Shown here piece by piece: positions 1 through 9,636 of a DNA stretch of 60,765 bases. Within the stretch, counting starts at the first letter, position 1, and every line of letters starts with the position of its first letter. The notes below the pieces were generated by a model. That model saw only the letters and a program-made list of their open reading frames with translations, had not been told where the DNA came from and made no database searches. Origin of the DNA: a virus (lineage: Duplodnaviria > Caudoviricetes); IMG/VR virus record IMGVR_UViG_3300033148_002164, positions 1-60,765 of that record; one strand, written 5' to 3'. The translations under genes were made by a program, and so were the position numbers.

Positions 1-114
1 CGTCATGTAGGGGCGCTTGCAGGCGATCCGGAGTGCGTTGCGGAAGCAGGCGTCGGCGTGGACCTCCTCCCCGCCAGAGGCCAGCCACCACGGACGGCCG
101 TCTACCAGCACCTC
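1..114. repeat. 114-bp exact terminal direct repeat, copy 1 (circularisation overlap)
   Basis: 1-114 is identical to 60652-60765 by direct reading, and a gene continues in frame across the join. Confidence 0.97.
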
Positions 115-1488
115 AAGATCCAACTTGTCCCCGCCGAAGCGGAACGACACGGGGCCGGTGTCAAGGTCGGCGAGTTTCGCCTTGAGCGCAGCGCCGGGGG
201 CCTTGCGGACAGCCTCGACCAACGCCTCGGCGCGCTCGACAGCCTTGGTGGCGATGCCGACCGTGGTCTTGCTGGAGGCGGCGCCAGCCTTCGCAGCAGC
301 CAGCGACTCAGTGAGCGTCTGGACGACGGCGCCGCTTGCTGCCTTCTGTGCTGCCCGCCAGTTGTTCATGACGTTGTGCTGAGCCTGCAGGGCCTCGTGT
401 GCTGTCTCGCGGTCCGCGTGGTAGGCGGTGGCCTTCTCGTCGCGGGCCTTGGCCTCAGCGAGGGCCGCTGCTGCCGTCTCACGCTTCTCGGGTAGGGTCG
501 GGTCCTGTGCTCGGAGCCAGTCGATCACGTCGAACGGGATGCTTGTATTCATGGAGCCAAGGGCGTCGACGTACAGCTGGACTTTGTCAGCAGAGATGAC
601 CATCCCATCAGGAGTCTTGATATAGCCATCATCTTTCTCACCGTGGACTTTGCCCCACGGGGGCCGTTTCGCCTGACGTTCGATCTGCTTGTCCAACTCC
701 TCAAGAGCCCGCTCAGCCCGACCGAGCACCTTGCTCGCCTCGTCCATCTTCTTCCACGCATCCTTCAGCGCGATCCGGGTAGCGTTCACGTCGCCCTGCG
801 GAATGGGCGGGGCCTCTCCGACACTCGCAGCCGGTGCCTCCTTCGCTGCCTCTATGTCGGCCTCAATGCGGGTCACACGGCGCCCGCGCTCCGTCAGCGT
901 GGCCTTCGCCTTGGTGAGCGCCTTCTTGGCCGCCGTCCGGAGCACCGTGGCCTTCTTCTCGGTGCCGTTGAGCTCTCCGCCCTCGTAGCCCTTCGCCTTC
1001 ATCAGCGCGGTCACAGCCGCCTCGTGGTCGGCGCCGCCGAGCAGACGCAACAGCATCTCCTGCAGGGGCCGCCCACGCTCTCCGATGAGCTCGCGCCAGG
1101 CCATCGGGTTCAGGATGTAGACGAGGTCCTTGTTGCCCAGCCAGCCGAGCGCCTTGCGGAACGAGGTCTCGCTGCCGAACTTCTCCAGTTCGCCGCCGTC
1201 GCGTGCGAAGTAGCGGTTCACGCCACGGGCTTTGGTGATGGTCCGCTTGAGCTTTGAGGTTTCGCCGAGCCTGAGTTCCACGCTGGCCCGTGGGGAGCCG
1301 TCGCGGATTGCCTCAAGCGGGAAGGTGCCGCCGAGCGGGGAGCGCCCGAAGATCGCGAGGCTGAGCGCGATGGAGATCGAACTCTTCCCGCTCTTGCTGG
1401 TGGCCCGGATGCGGTTCACGCCGCTGGTGAAGTCTACGGCGTAGTCCTCGTGGGCGGCGAGGTTGGTGATGGTGAGGTGGGGGATCAT
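1..1488 (-). CDS. SMC/Rad50/SbcC-like ABC ATPase, 5' part (continues 60651-60502; about 545 aa in total)
   Basis: Hand translation from ATG 1488 (TAATG overlap): MIPHLTITNLAAHEDYAVDFTSGVNRIRATSKSGKSS (Walker A), an Ala/Lys/Glu-rich coiled coil and the signature LASGGE. Missing from the ORF track because it has no stop before base 1. Confidence 0.85.
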   Translation of the reverse strand, partial: MIPHLTITNLAAHEDYAVDFTSGVNRIRATSKSGKSSISIALSLAIFGRSPLGGTFPLEAIRDGSPRASVELRLGETSKLKRTITKARGVNRYFARDGGELEKFGSETSFRKALGWLGNKDLVYILNPMAWRELIGERGRPLQEMLLRLLGGADHEAAVTALMKAKGYEGGELNGTEKKATVLRTAAKKALTKAKATLTERGRRVTRIEADIEAAKEAPAASVGEAPPIPQGDVNATRIALKDAWKKMDEASKVLGRAERALEELDKQIERQAKRPPWGKVHGEKDDGYIKTPDGMVISADKVQLYVDALGSMNTSIPFDVIDWLRAQDPTLPEKRETAAAALAEAKARDEKATAYHADRETAHEALQAQHNVMNNWRAAQKAASGAVVQTLTESLAAAKAGAASSKTTVGIATKAVERAEALVEAVRKAPGAALKAKLADLDTGPVSFRFGGDKLDLEVLVDGRPWWLASGGEEVHADACFRNALRIACKRPYMT

Positions 1489-1916
1489 TAGCTGCCCCCC
1501 TTGCTGGTCGATTCAGGAATCCAGCCCTTGCCGTGCTTCTGTTTCCAGTTGACTCCGCCAGCCAGGATCCGTTTGGCCTCCCACAACCCACACCGCTCAC
1601 CGCCATAGCCTTTGATGCCAGTGTTGATGGCTTCAACCAAGGCGCTGCGCTCAACTTCTACACCAATCGCCTTGAGGATGTCCGCCCTGATCTCGGGATT
1701 CACCTTCGCGCCCTCAATGGCGGCCAGTACGATGTCACCCCAGTGAATGACGATGGCCTTCTTGGGGTCCGATGTGTGCTGGTACACCAAGCCGTACTTC
1801 ATGCAGTACGACCCACCGCCATCAGACGCGAGGCGCTGGCCTTCTTTTGTGAGGTCTACCTTCTGAGTGAAGGTGGACTTCTCGGGGCCAAAGTAGTTGG
1901 TCTCGGATTCACTCAT
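1488..1916 (-). CDS. hypothetical protein (142 aa)
   Basis: GGAGAACGAC-ATG start at 1916 and its own promoter; stop overlaps the ATPase start. Confidence 0.75.
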   Translation of the reverse strand: MSESETNYFGPEKSTFTQKVDLTKEGQRLASDGGGSYCMKYGLVYQHTSDPKKAIVIHWGDIVLAAIEGAKVNPEIRADILKAIGVEVERSALVEAINTGIKGYGGERCGLWEAKRILAGGVNWKQKHGKGWIPESTSKGGS

Positions 1917-1996
1917 GTCGTTCTCCGTGGTTACCCTCAAACAATAACGCCCCGCCATACATAAAGCAAGGCGAGGCGAAAGATGATCGGATTGGC

Positions 1997-2848
1997 TCAG
2001 AAGCCCGAGCCGCCCCCGCCGCCCGCACCCTCTGGTTCATCCGTGCCCTTCTCGCCCGCTGGCTCATCCTCACCAAGCCCCAGCGCCTTGAGGGGCTTCT
2101 CAGGCAGCGGGACCTCGCTGGGCTCCTTGGTCTTCGCGACCACGTCGACCACATTCAGGTCCTTGTCCTCGATGTTGCTGATCCCGTTCATGATCTCGGA
2201 GGAGAGGGGCACGAGGCCGCCGTTGAGCAGGGCACGGATCGCGCTCTTGCGGGCCATGGCGGCGAAGTCGGAGTCCCACGGGCTGAAGCGACGGTTCCCG
2301 CCCTTGGCCTTGCGCTTGAGGATGTCCGCGCGGGTGAGTACGCCCTGAACCTTGGAGCCGTCCTTGAACTCGACCACAGCGTAGGCGGCGATGATGTTCT
2401 TGGGGTCGCGGTCGATGTCGTCCAAACTGAAGGCGTGCTCGATGGTGGGGGGCTCGACACTAATCTTGACCAACCCCTTCTCGTACTCGTCGCGGTAGAC
2501 GACTTGGGCGTTGATGCGCTTGACCTGACCGGAGCGGCGGGCGAGCTCAAGCAGACCCTTGTAGCCGATGATGACGGTGCACTCGCGCTTGTAGGGGATC
2601 AGGTAGATGTGGCCCAGCGCCCCGCCAGGCTCAAGGCCCAGTTGGGAGGAGACCATGATCGCGTTGACGACGCTCTCGGGCTCGCACTCAAACAGCTTCG
2701 GGTTGCGGCGGCCCTCGCCAACAAGGAGGCGGGCCAGCCGCTCGGGGGTCAGGTGCTTCGGGATGACGCTGCTGATCTGCTTGAAGTTCGCCTTGATCAG
2801 GCTCGCGAAATTGTGCTCTTGTCGAGCCAGTTGGGTGTTGTCGGACAT
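1997..2848 (-). CDS. recT: RecT-family single-strand annealing recombinase
   Basis: Motifs LGLEP, YLIPY, IGYKGLLELARRSG and W..DF.AMARKSAIR. Confidence 0.93.
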   Translation of the reverse strand: MSDNTQLARQEHNFASLIKANFKQISSVIPKHLTPERLARLLVGEGRRNPKLFECEPESVVNAIMVSSQLGLEPGGALGHIYLIPYKRECTVIIGYKGLLELARRSGQVKRINAQVVYRDEYEKGLVKISVEPPTIEHAFSLDDIDRDPKNIIAAYAVVEFKDGSKVQGVLTRADILKRKAKGGNRRFSPWDSDFAAMARKSAIRALLNGGLVPLSSEIMNGISNIEDKDLNVVDVVAKTKEPSEVPLPEKPLKALGLGEDEPAGEKGTDEPEGAGGGGGSGF

Positions 2849-2860
2849 GGTGTCGTTCTC

Positions 2861-3898
2861 CTAATTCACGCCATACAGGCGCAGTTGTCGGCTTGATGCC
2901 TTGGTTGTGATAAGTCCAGCCTCGCGCAATGCCTCGACTAAGTCGGGCCGCGTGGCTTCAATGAGGCTCAGGGCCTCCAGTTTCTCTCCGGCCTTGCTCT
3001 TGGTCGCCAGCACGCGTGCGCCGCCGTCCAGCCGCAGGCCATAGAAGCCATCCATGCTGCCCATGATCTGGTTCCTGAGCAGGGAGATCCGGCGCTTCAT
3101 GGTCTTCTCTTCGGACTGGAGCCGCGCCAGTTCGGCTACAAGGCTCTCCTCTTCGTCGCTTGCAGATCGGCGCTCGCCGTTGTGGCCGCCCTTGCCGAGG
3201 TGACGCCTGCACGCCCCGGAGCCGTCGATGATGGGGAGTTTCTCCTCGATCAGGTGCCGCTGCCGCCATGCTCCGACTTTGCGGACGAGCGCGGCCTGGG
3301 TCTTCTCGTCGCGCATGATGCGGATCACGCGGATCTCGTAGCCGCCGAGCAGGACCACGAGATCCCACCATGGGAGGCCGGTCACAGCCAGACACCCATA
3401 CACTTGGAGCGCATAATGAGGCGGGCACACCTTGGCGCTCTCAGGCCCCCATGCCTCGATCACGGTCCCGTCCTCGCCCCACTTCGCCCCGCGCGCGTCC
3501 TGGTCGGTCTTGATCTCCAAGCCGCCCTTCTCTCCGTCGCGGATCACGTAGTGGTCGGGGCTCACCGCGAGCCACGGGAGATCGTGCCGGTAGACGATCA
3601 CATCGTCGGTCTCGTAGGGCCACGCGAGTTCAGCCCCGGTCTTCTCCGCGTAGAGCTCCCGCACGAAACCCTCCCAGCGCTGGCCCCGGGTCAGGTCCCG
3701 GTCGTTGCGCGCGGTGTTCTCGGGCACGCCTTGGGCAGCCGAGAAGACCTCCCACGGACTGCGCCAGGGTGAGACGCCGAGCACTGCTGCGACGGTCGAG
3801 GCCCCGATACGGTGCTCTCCTGCTTTGCGGCCGGCGAGCCATGAGTCGCGGTCGGGGTATACCTCGGCGGTGAGATTGCCGGCTGTGATGGTCTTCAC
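2861..3898 (-). CDS. YqaJ-like (lambda-exonuclease family) exonuclease
   Basis: WLAGRK..IGAS..AAVLGVSPW, SPD, LEIKT and YALQV motifs; adjacent to recT. Confidence 0.92.
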   Translation of the reverse strand: MKTITAGNLTAEVYPDRDSWLAGRKAGEHRIGASTVAAVLGVSPWRSPWEVFSAAQGVPENTARNDRDLTRGQRWEGFVRELYAEKTGAELAWPYETDDVIVYRHDLPWLAVSPDHYVIRDGEKGGLEIKTDQDARGAKWGEDGTVIEAWGPESAKVCPPHYALQVYGCLAVTGLPWWDLVVLLGGYEIRVIRIMRDEKTQAALVRKVGAWRQRHLIEEKLPIIDGSGACRRHLGKGGHNGERRSASDEEESLVAELARLQSEEKTMKRRISLLRNQIMGSMDGFYGLRLDGGARVLATKSKAGEKLEALSLIEATRPDLVEALREAGLITTKASSRQLRLYGVN

Positions 3899-4083
3899 GC
3901 CATCTCCTTGAGTCGAGCCATCTGGCGCTCGTGCTCAACAGCGGTCCCGATGGTTCGCCGCTGCGCCAGCATGTTGTAGAGACCGATCGGCGTATCGAGC
4001 GGGTTGCTATTGTCGGCCCACCTGTTCTTGCCTCGCTTGGCCTGTCGACGCTTCTCAGAACGCCTCTTGCTCTGCTTGCTCAT
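3895..4083 (-). CDS. small basic hypothetical protein (62 aa)
   Basis: GGAGAACGAAC-ATG start with an upstream promoter; GTGA overlap with yqaJ. Confidence 0.6.
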   Translation of the reverse strand: MSKQSKRRSEKRRQAKRGKNRWADNSNPLDTPIGLYNMLAQRRTIGTAVEHERQMARLKEMA

Positions 4084-4104
4084 GTTCGTTCTCCTTGCCA
4101 ACAA

Positions 4105-4175
4105 TCTATAGCACAGCGCGACAACAGGCGCAAGCAAACCCGATCGTTGCGTCATGTTCCGCCGTGTGATACGTT
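4105..4175. promoter_or_regulatory. divergent sigma70-like promoters
   Basis: Minus strand TTGCGC-N17-TATAGA (4133-4105); plus strand TTGCGT-N17-TACGTT ahead of AAGGAG and ATG 4197. Confidence 0.55.
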
Positions 4176-4196
4176 GATCACAACAAGGAGCCGAGC

Positions 4197-4676
4197 ATGT
4201 CAGCAAAACTGAAACTTCCAGCAACCAAAGATGAGTGGGCCGCTCTTATACGCAAGGCGAACTCAGAGTCGAAGACCGGTGGAGTCCTCGCGTCAGAGTT
4301 GGGTATTCCATACAGCAGACTGCTCAGCTTGAGCCGAGAATGCGGCGTGACGCTTCGGCATATGAACTCTGACTCTATAGACTTCAGGGAGTCACGAACG
4401 CGCCCGAAGAAGGAGACAAAAAACGACGCAAACCGGTATGAAGCGGGCCGCAATGCTCTGAAGGTTTGGATCGCCAGAAAAGGATTCACAGCCGCAGAGG
4501 CGAGTGATGCGCTTGAGATCACCGGCGCGTGCCTTCATGGTTGGCTGCGTTGCGGTCGGCGCCCTGGAAGCCTTGAGTCTACTGCCAAGGTCGAGCGACT
4601 GACTGGTGGAGCAGTCAAGATGGATGTCTGGATGGATAAGGAGGCCCGGAAGGACCTCCTCGCGTTCAGGGGTTAG
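4197..4676 (+). CDS. HTH transcriptional regulator with a Cro/YdaS-like C-terminal domain
   Basis: Two HTH-like segments; the C-terminal W..GRRP....AKVERLTGGAV is Cro/YdaS-like. Only well-supported plus-strand gene in the early arm. Confidence 0.65.
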   Translation: MSAKLKLPATKDEWAALIRKANSESKTGGVLASELGIPYSRLLSLSRECGVTLRHMNSDSIDFRESRTRPKKETKNDANRYEAGRNALKVWIARKGFTAAEASDALEITGACLHGWLRCGRRPGSLESTAKVERLTGGAVKMDVWMDKEARKDLLAFRG

Positions 4677-4987
4677 CCTCGGTCGATTGCTTCGATCATT
4701 GCGACCGCGACGGCCGCGACTTGGACGAGTTCCTCTCGCATCCTCGCGGGGTCGACCTCGCATGAGGCCTCGGTCACCTCTTCATCGAGGATGAGCATCC
4801 AAGTCAGGGTGCCCTCCTCGGCTGCTTTGTCGCATGCTTCTTGGACTGCCCTGCAGGAATCGCGGAGCCCGTAGCTTGCGCCCATGGGGTGGTTCTGGGT
4901 GCCCCACTTTAGGTCTTGGTTGGCGCGTTCGTTGTAGATCTCGGTGAGCACTGAATCGGTGAGCCCTGGAAAGTTCGGGTTTCTCAT
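4673..4987 (-). CDS. MazG-like all-alpha NTP pyrophosphohydrolase
   Basis: ER..QD.KWG.Q, ILDEEVTEA and REELVQVAAVAVA motifs. Confidence 0.75.
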   Translation of the reverse strand: MRNPNFPGLTDSVLTEIYNERANQDLKWGTQNHPMGASYGLRDSCRAVQEACDKAAEEGTLTWMLILDEEVTEASCEVDPARMREELVQVAAVAVAMIEAIDRG

Positions 4988-5547
4988 GCGGATCCCTTAG
5001 CCATCTTGGCGGATCGTTTATGTCGATGCATCGCGATACACGTTCTACACTGTCTTCCGCCGCTTGGATATCGGTACAGATTGTCCCCGCTGAGAGGGTG
5101 ACCCCTGTTGCAATGAGTCTTCTTGGCATTGATGGCTGTCGGGCCGATTCCGCGGAGGGCATTCTCACGAGAAGTCACGGCTTCGAGATGGGCGGGATTG
5201 ACGCAGGACGGATTTCTGCACAGATGGTCCATGACAAGCCCATCAGGGATTTTGCCGTTGACAACCTCGTACGATACGCGGTGAGCTAATTTGTGCTTCT
5301 GCCCTACGCCCATGGTTCCATACCCCTTTACGTTCCTGCCGTTCTGCCAGATCCAGCACCCATTGGCATCCTGTTTTGACCCGGCGCGGATTCTCACGTC
5401 AAGGGGAGCCCCGCGCAGCCTTAGCGGAGTGTCAGTCGGCAGCCCTTTCCTGAGTCGAAGGTAGTGCCCATTGCACATCCCTCGTACTATTGCCTGCCTA
5501 TCGCAGACTGGACTTGCGCAGATCGGTCGGGTATTCTTGTTCGGCAT
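4984..5547 (-). CDS. HNH endonuclease (homing-type)
   Basis: CWIW..GYG..AHRVSY..DHLCRNPSCVNPAHL; C-terminal THC.RGH..CRTC. Confidence 0.88.
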   Translation of the reverse strand: MPNKNTRPICASPVCDRQAIVRGMCNGHYLRLRKGLPTDTPLRLRGAPLDVRIRAGSKQDANGCWIWQNGRNVKGYGTMGVGQKHKLAHRVSYEVVNGKIPDGLVMDHLCRNPSCVNPAHLEAVTSRENALRGIGPTAINAKKTHCNRGHPLSGDNLYRYPSGGRQCRTCIAMHRHKRSAKMAKGSA

Positions 5548-5615
5548 CTCGGTCTCCGTTTTAGACCTGTCGGTGTAGAGGCCCTGCAGGATTACAGTCC
5601 TGCGGGGCCTCGCAG

Positions 5616-6509
5616 TTATACCACAGGCTTGCCGACCAAGACCACCTCTTTCACAGGCAAGCGCTGCCCGCCTTTGCAGGAGATAGTCCGCTTCACGGTG
5701 GTCTCGTGAATTTCGAATCCGGAATACAGCTTACGAATCTCGGGCGTGTCGTGGTTACTGAGTACGACGGTCGCGCCGAGTTCAACCAGTCGTCCAGCGG
5801 CTCGGGCTACAGCTACCTGATCATGGAAATCAAAGCCGCGTGAGGTGTACCCAACAAAATTGGCCGTGTCGCTGATTGGCGTGTATGGACTGTCCATATA
5901 GACGGTATCCCCAGCCTTTACTCGAGCCAGCGCAACGAGGTAGTCACCGCCGAACAGGCTCGCACCCTGGAGGGCCTCAGAAGCCGCAAGCAAGCCAGGC
6001 GCCCGCACGAGGTCCTTCCCGAGCGTGCCCTTGTCGATCGAGACGTTGAAGCCACCCGACTTGTTGACCCTGTAGAGGCCGTTGAAGCAGGTCCGAATCA
6101 AGTAGATCATCCAAGCAGCCACCTGAGCATCGGTATAACTCGGGTCGTCGATGATCTTCGACCGCATCAGCTGGTAGTAGTCCACGCTGTGATTCTCGCT
6201 GTGGATCTCCATCAGCCGGATCACCTCGCCCACGTTGTCACGCAACGCGGTGTACATGCGGATCAGGCGCTGGTTCGCGTCCGAGAGCCGCGCCCACGAG
6301 TCGCCGCGCCCGCAACTCTCACACGTCGTCGGAGTAGTTGTCCACCCCTGAGCCGCGCGCCACTCCTGCAGCGCGAAGAAGGGAGCTCCACCACCGAGGA
6401 AAGGCTCGTGGTAGGTCGAGGTCTCCGACATGCCGGCGACAAGGTGGGGAAGGAGGACGCCCATCGAGCGGCGCTTGCCGCCTGTCCATCTGATTGGTGC
6501 TTTGCTCAT
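5616..6509 (-). CDS. dam: Dam-like (D12 class) DNA adenine methyltransferase
   Basis: WTGGK, EPFLGGG, FNGLYRVNKSGGFNV and YMDSPY (DPPY variant). Confidence 0.9.
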   Translation of the reverse strand: MSKAPIRWTGGKRRSMGVLLPHLVAGMSETSTYHEPFLGGGAPFFALQEWRAAQGWTTTPTTCESCGRGDSWARLSDANQRLIRMYTALRDNVGEVIRLMEIHSENHSVDYYQLMRSKIIDDPSYTDAQVAAWMIYLIRTCFNGLYRVNKSGGFNVSIDKGTLGKDLVRAPGLLAASEALQGASLFGGDYLVALARVKAGDTVYMDSPYTPISDTANFVGYTSRGFDFHDQVAVARAAGRLVELGATVVLSNHDTPEIRKLYSGFEIHETTVKRTISCKGGQRLPVKEVVLVGKPVV

Positions 6510-6892
6510 GGTGCTGCCTCCAGTGCGGCGACGAGTGCCTCTGCTTCGGTGTCACAGGCGACAGGCTTCAGGAAATCCTCGGCACCGTCCTTGACGATCC
6601 ATCCAAGTACGGGGTGCCTCTTGGTGTTGATGCCGAGCCGTCCCCACGCCTCCCGCACCAGCGCCAGTAGACAGCCAAGCGTGGCAGGGTCGGTGAGGTC
6701 TGGCGTAAGTCCGTCAAGCAGAATCCGCCGCCCACCACCGTAGTACAGCCACCCTCCTTCGATAGCAATAGCACGGAGCCAAGATGTGATTCCGCCGCCA
6801 AGAGGTCGCATAGCCAACATCCCAGGCATCCACCGCCAGTGCTTGGCGGAACTCGCGCGCTTGTCGACTTTGATCATCGCATTGCTCATCAC
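6506..6892 (-). CDS. 'LEAAP' family paralog 1 (possible phage ABA-sandwich-like domain)
   Basis: WMPGM..PDLTDPATLGCLLALVR..EAEALVAALEAAP, shared with 14538 and 14930. Confidence 0.75.
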   Translation of the reverse strand: MMSNAMIKVDKRASSAKHWRWMPGMLAMRPLGGGITSWLRAIAIEGGWLYYGGGRRILLDGLTPDLTDPATLGCLLALVREAWGRLGINTKRHPVLGWIVKDGAEDFLKPVACDTEAEALVAALEAAP

Positions 6893-7392
6893 GCACCCCC
6901 GAGAGGACCCATCACGTCCTCAATGGTCTTCTCGTTCTGCTCCTGAATCCCGACGGCGACGGCCCAGCAGTCGGGGCACACCCCAGAAGGGGCGGGCCCG
7001 ACCCAATCGACCTGCGGGGGCGCCGTTGCGTCATCGACCCATCGACCACAGGCGGCCTTGTGTTCGACCGTGACATACCCGCCAATCCCGAAACTCCCGT
7101 CCACCTTTAGCGCGACGTGGTCGATCTTCCTACTCACCACTCGGCGCTCGCCGAAGGTGAAGCACCGCTCGCCCATCAGCGCCGATACATTCTCGTGAGG
7201 CGTCCAAGCCTTGACGGCGGTCCCGAGTTTCTGCGAGAGCACACTGGCGTACTGTTTGGAGATGCCGAGGATTTCCCCGGCCTCGGTCAGGGTCTTCTGA
7301 TTCCGGAGCGCCACGATGAACTCGCGGGTCTTCTCCAGTCCGTGTTGCTCGATCAGGTTCCGCACCGTGTGCTCCCTGCTTGCTTCGCTCAT
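6889..7392 (-). CDS. hypothetical protein with an N-terminal HTH-like segment and Cys pairs
   Basis: GGAGAACGAC-ATG at 7392; TLTEAGEILGISKQYAS. Confidence 0.65.
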   Translation of the reverse strand: MSEASREHTVRNLIEQHGLEKTREFIVALRNQKTLTEAGEILGISKQYASVLSQKLGTAVKAWTPHENVSALMGERCFTFGERRVVSRKIDHVALKVDGSFGIGGYVTVEHKAACGRWVDDATAPPQVDWVGPAPSGVCPDCWAVAVGIQEQNEKTIEDVMGPLGGA

Positions 7393-7838
7393 GTCGTTCT
7401 CCTCGCCTTTCGGCGTTGGTCGTAGTCTCGGCGGACTGCTGCCCGCTGCTTTGTCTTGCAGTCGTCGCTGCAAGCGTTCTCGATGCCGCTCTTCTGCTCG
7501 TAGGTGAAAGGCTTGTCGCAGAACACGCAAAGCCGCGTGACCGTGATCACCTCCGGGCCGTGCTTGGTTCTGACTTGAGAGATCACCGCCCGGCTTGTCC
7601 CGAGTTCATCGGCGATCTCCTGGTAGGTCCAGCCCTGCTCAATCCTGCTGAGCACTCGGCGGATCTTCGGGTAGGTCCACGGCGTGTAGGTCCTCGCGAG
7701 GCCTCGGCTCCGGAGGGCGTCATAGGCCGCCTTGGGCTTCATCCCGAGTTCACGCGCAACGGCTGCGACGGATTGGCCCTTGGTCTCCCGTGCTTCGATC
7801 AGCCGAGCGATCACGGCGTCTGGATGTGGATGGCTCAT
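7389..7838 (-). CDS. double-HTH protein with a C4 zinc finger
   Basis: SVAAVARELG, TYQEIADELGTSRAVISQ and CVFC..CSDDC. Confidence 0.7.
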   Translation of the reverse strand: MSHPHPDAVIARLIEARETKGQSVAAVARELGMKPKAAYDALRSRGLARTYTPWTYPKIRRVLSRIEQGWTYQEIADELGTSRAVISQVRTKHGPEVITVTRLCVFCDKPFTYEQKSGIENACSDDCKTKQRAAVRRDYDQRRKARRTT

Positions 7839-8230
7839 TTCAGCCCCCTGAACATCTGCAGACGGCGCGGGCCCTTGGTGGACACAATCGCCTTGCCTTT
7901 CTCGGCTGGCCCACGGTTCTCGGGATGGCGCGCGAGCTTCTTGCGCCGGTCCTGCATTGCGAAGGTCGCCCACGCTCGAGCAGTCCGAAGCATCCACCCA
8001 GCAGGGTCAAGAGCACCAGGCGGGCGCACGTCGGTCGCGTGCCGTGCCGCACTGGCGAGCAGTGTCCCGCCGCGTCGGAGTTCAAGGCGGCGCCCCGGGC
8101 GGTCCACGAGGTAGATGCCGGCGCTCCACTTGGCTACGCAGGCGGCCCGGCGTGCCTTGACGGTGGCGCGGGCGATGTCCACGAGATCGGCGGGGCGGGA
8201 CGGGACGGTGAGTAGGGCGAGTTGGGTCAT
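7835..8230 (-). CDS. hypothetical protein
   Basis: ATGA-coupled on both sides. Confidence 0.55.
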   Translation of the reverse strand: MTQLALLTVPSRPADLVDIARATVKARRAACVAKWSAGIYLVDRPGRRLELRRGGTLLASAARHATDVRPPGALDPAGWMLRTARAWATFAMQDRRKKLARHPENRGPAEKGKAIVSTKGPRRLQMFRGLK

Positions 8231-9636
8231 TGGTCGAACCTCAGCCCGAACATTGGGACCTGAGCCCTCTTGGAGAAGTCCACAGCGTCAGGGCAGCCCT
8301 TGCCGCCGAAGTTCGCCCGGACAAGCGCATCGACCACGGGAGGGGAGACGCTGTTGCCAATGCGGGCCACCTTGTCCTTCTTGGTCCCGGTGAGGATGTA
8401 CGAGTCTGGGAAGCCTTGGGCTCGCGCCAGTTCACGCGGACTCAGCATCCTCATTCCAATGTCGGTGATGATGTAGCGCTCGCCGTCGATGTTGACGGTG
8501 ATGAGCCCGAAGCGGTCCTTGCTCACGATGGTGTGCATTGGCTCGTTCAAGCCGGACCAGCCGTCATTGCCATAATATTTAATTAGGAAGCTGGATACCA
8601 TGCTGGCGTTTCCGAGGTTGTGCTTCGACAGCCCCGCCACAACGACGGCCTTGGTGTCAGTCCCGGTCACCGTGTGCATCGGACCAGACAGCGGTTGCCC
8701 CGTGGTCTTCCCATTATGTTTCGCCAGGAATGCAGCCACCAGCGCGTGCTTGTTGCCGCCAGCCACGATGGTCCCAAGCGGCGCTTCGAGGTTCAGGCAG
8801 CGCGGACGCTGACCCTTGCGCTCGCCGTAGCCCGTCTGAACCATGGAAGGCGCATAGGGCTTTCCGTCGACGTTCACAATGTAGGGATCACCGGATAGGA
8901 CGTAGCGACGAATGCCCTCAGCGATCCGGCGTTGGGTGGCTTCTGCGAGGTCCTTCTTCCGGGTGAAGATGCTCGGAACTGGAATGCTCCAGTCGATGCA
9001 CTCGGCAGCAATCCGGTACGGCGCCGCGCGTCCTGGCCCATGAGTCGGCTCAGGCCATACGATCGGCTTGCCGTCTCGCCGGCACACAAGAAACAGCCTC
9101 TTGCGCGTCGTCGGCGCGCCGTAGTCGCACGCCTTGAGCACCCGGTTCTCGACCACGTAGCCAAGTGCCTCAAGAGCACCGATGAACTCGCGATAGGTCT
9201 CGCCGGCCCGCTCCTTGATGGGCTTGTTGTTCTCATCCAGTGGCCCCCAAGTCTTGAACTCGGCGACGTTCTCCAGCATCAGCACCTCGGGAGCGACCTG
9301 CTTGGCCCACTTCTCCACCACCCACGCGAGCGAGCGGATGCCCTGCGACCGAGGCTTGCCGCCGCGCGCCTTCGAGAAGTGAGTGCAGTCAGGGGAGGCC
9401 CACAGGAGGTGGATCATCCGGCCAGCAGCAGCCTCGCCAGGAACAACCTCATAGACCGACTCGCATCGGTGCACAGTCATCGGGTGATTCGCCTCGTGCA
9501 TAGCGATGGCTGCAGGGCTGTGGTTGACGGCGAGAACGGGAGAGCATCCGCTGGCGAGGTCGATGCCGTGAGACGCTCCGCCGCCACCGGCGAACAGGTC
9601 GATCGAGATGAAAGTGCCTCTGGCGTTCACAGCCAA
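8227..9636 (-). CDS. C5-cytosine DNA methyltransferase
   Basis: DLFAGGGG, ASPDC, LENV, R.RLF, AQGFP and IGNSV motifs. Confidence 0.95.
   Translation of the reverse strand: MAVNARGTFISIDLFAGGGGASHGIDLASGCSPVLAVNHSPAAIAMHEANHPMTVHRCESVYEVVPGEAAAGRMIHLLWASPDCTHFSKARGGKPRSQGIRSLAWVVEKWAKQVAPEVLMLENVAEFKTWGPLDENNKPIKERAGETYREFIGALEALGYVVENRVLKACDYGAPTTRKRLFLVCRRDGKPIVWPEPTHGPGRAAPYRIAAECIDWSIPVPSIFTRKKDLAEATQRRIAEGIRRYVLSGDPYIVNVDGKPYAPSMVQTGYGERKGQRPRCLNLEAPLGTIVAGGNKHALVAAFLAKHNGKTTGQPLSGPMHTVTGTDTKAVVVAGLSKHNLGNASMVSSFLIKYYGNDGWSGLNEPMHTIVSKDRFGLITVNIDGERYIITDIGMRMLSPRELARAQGFPDSYILTGTKKDKVARIGNSVSPPVVDALVRANFGGKGCPDAVDFSKRAQVPMFGLRFDQ

Noticed and set aside
1-114. Terminal repeat as a biological direct terminal repeat
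   Set aside because: It falls in the middle of a gene and is most simply an assembler overlap of a circular or permuted genome.
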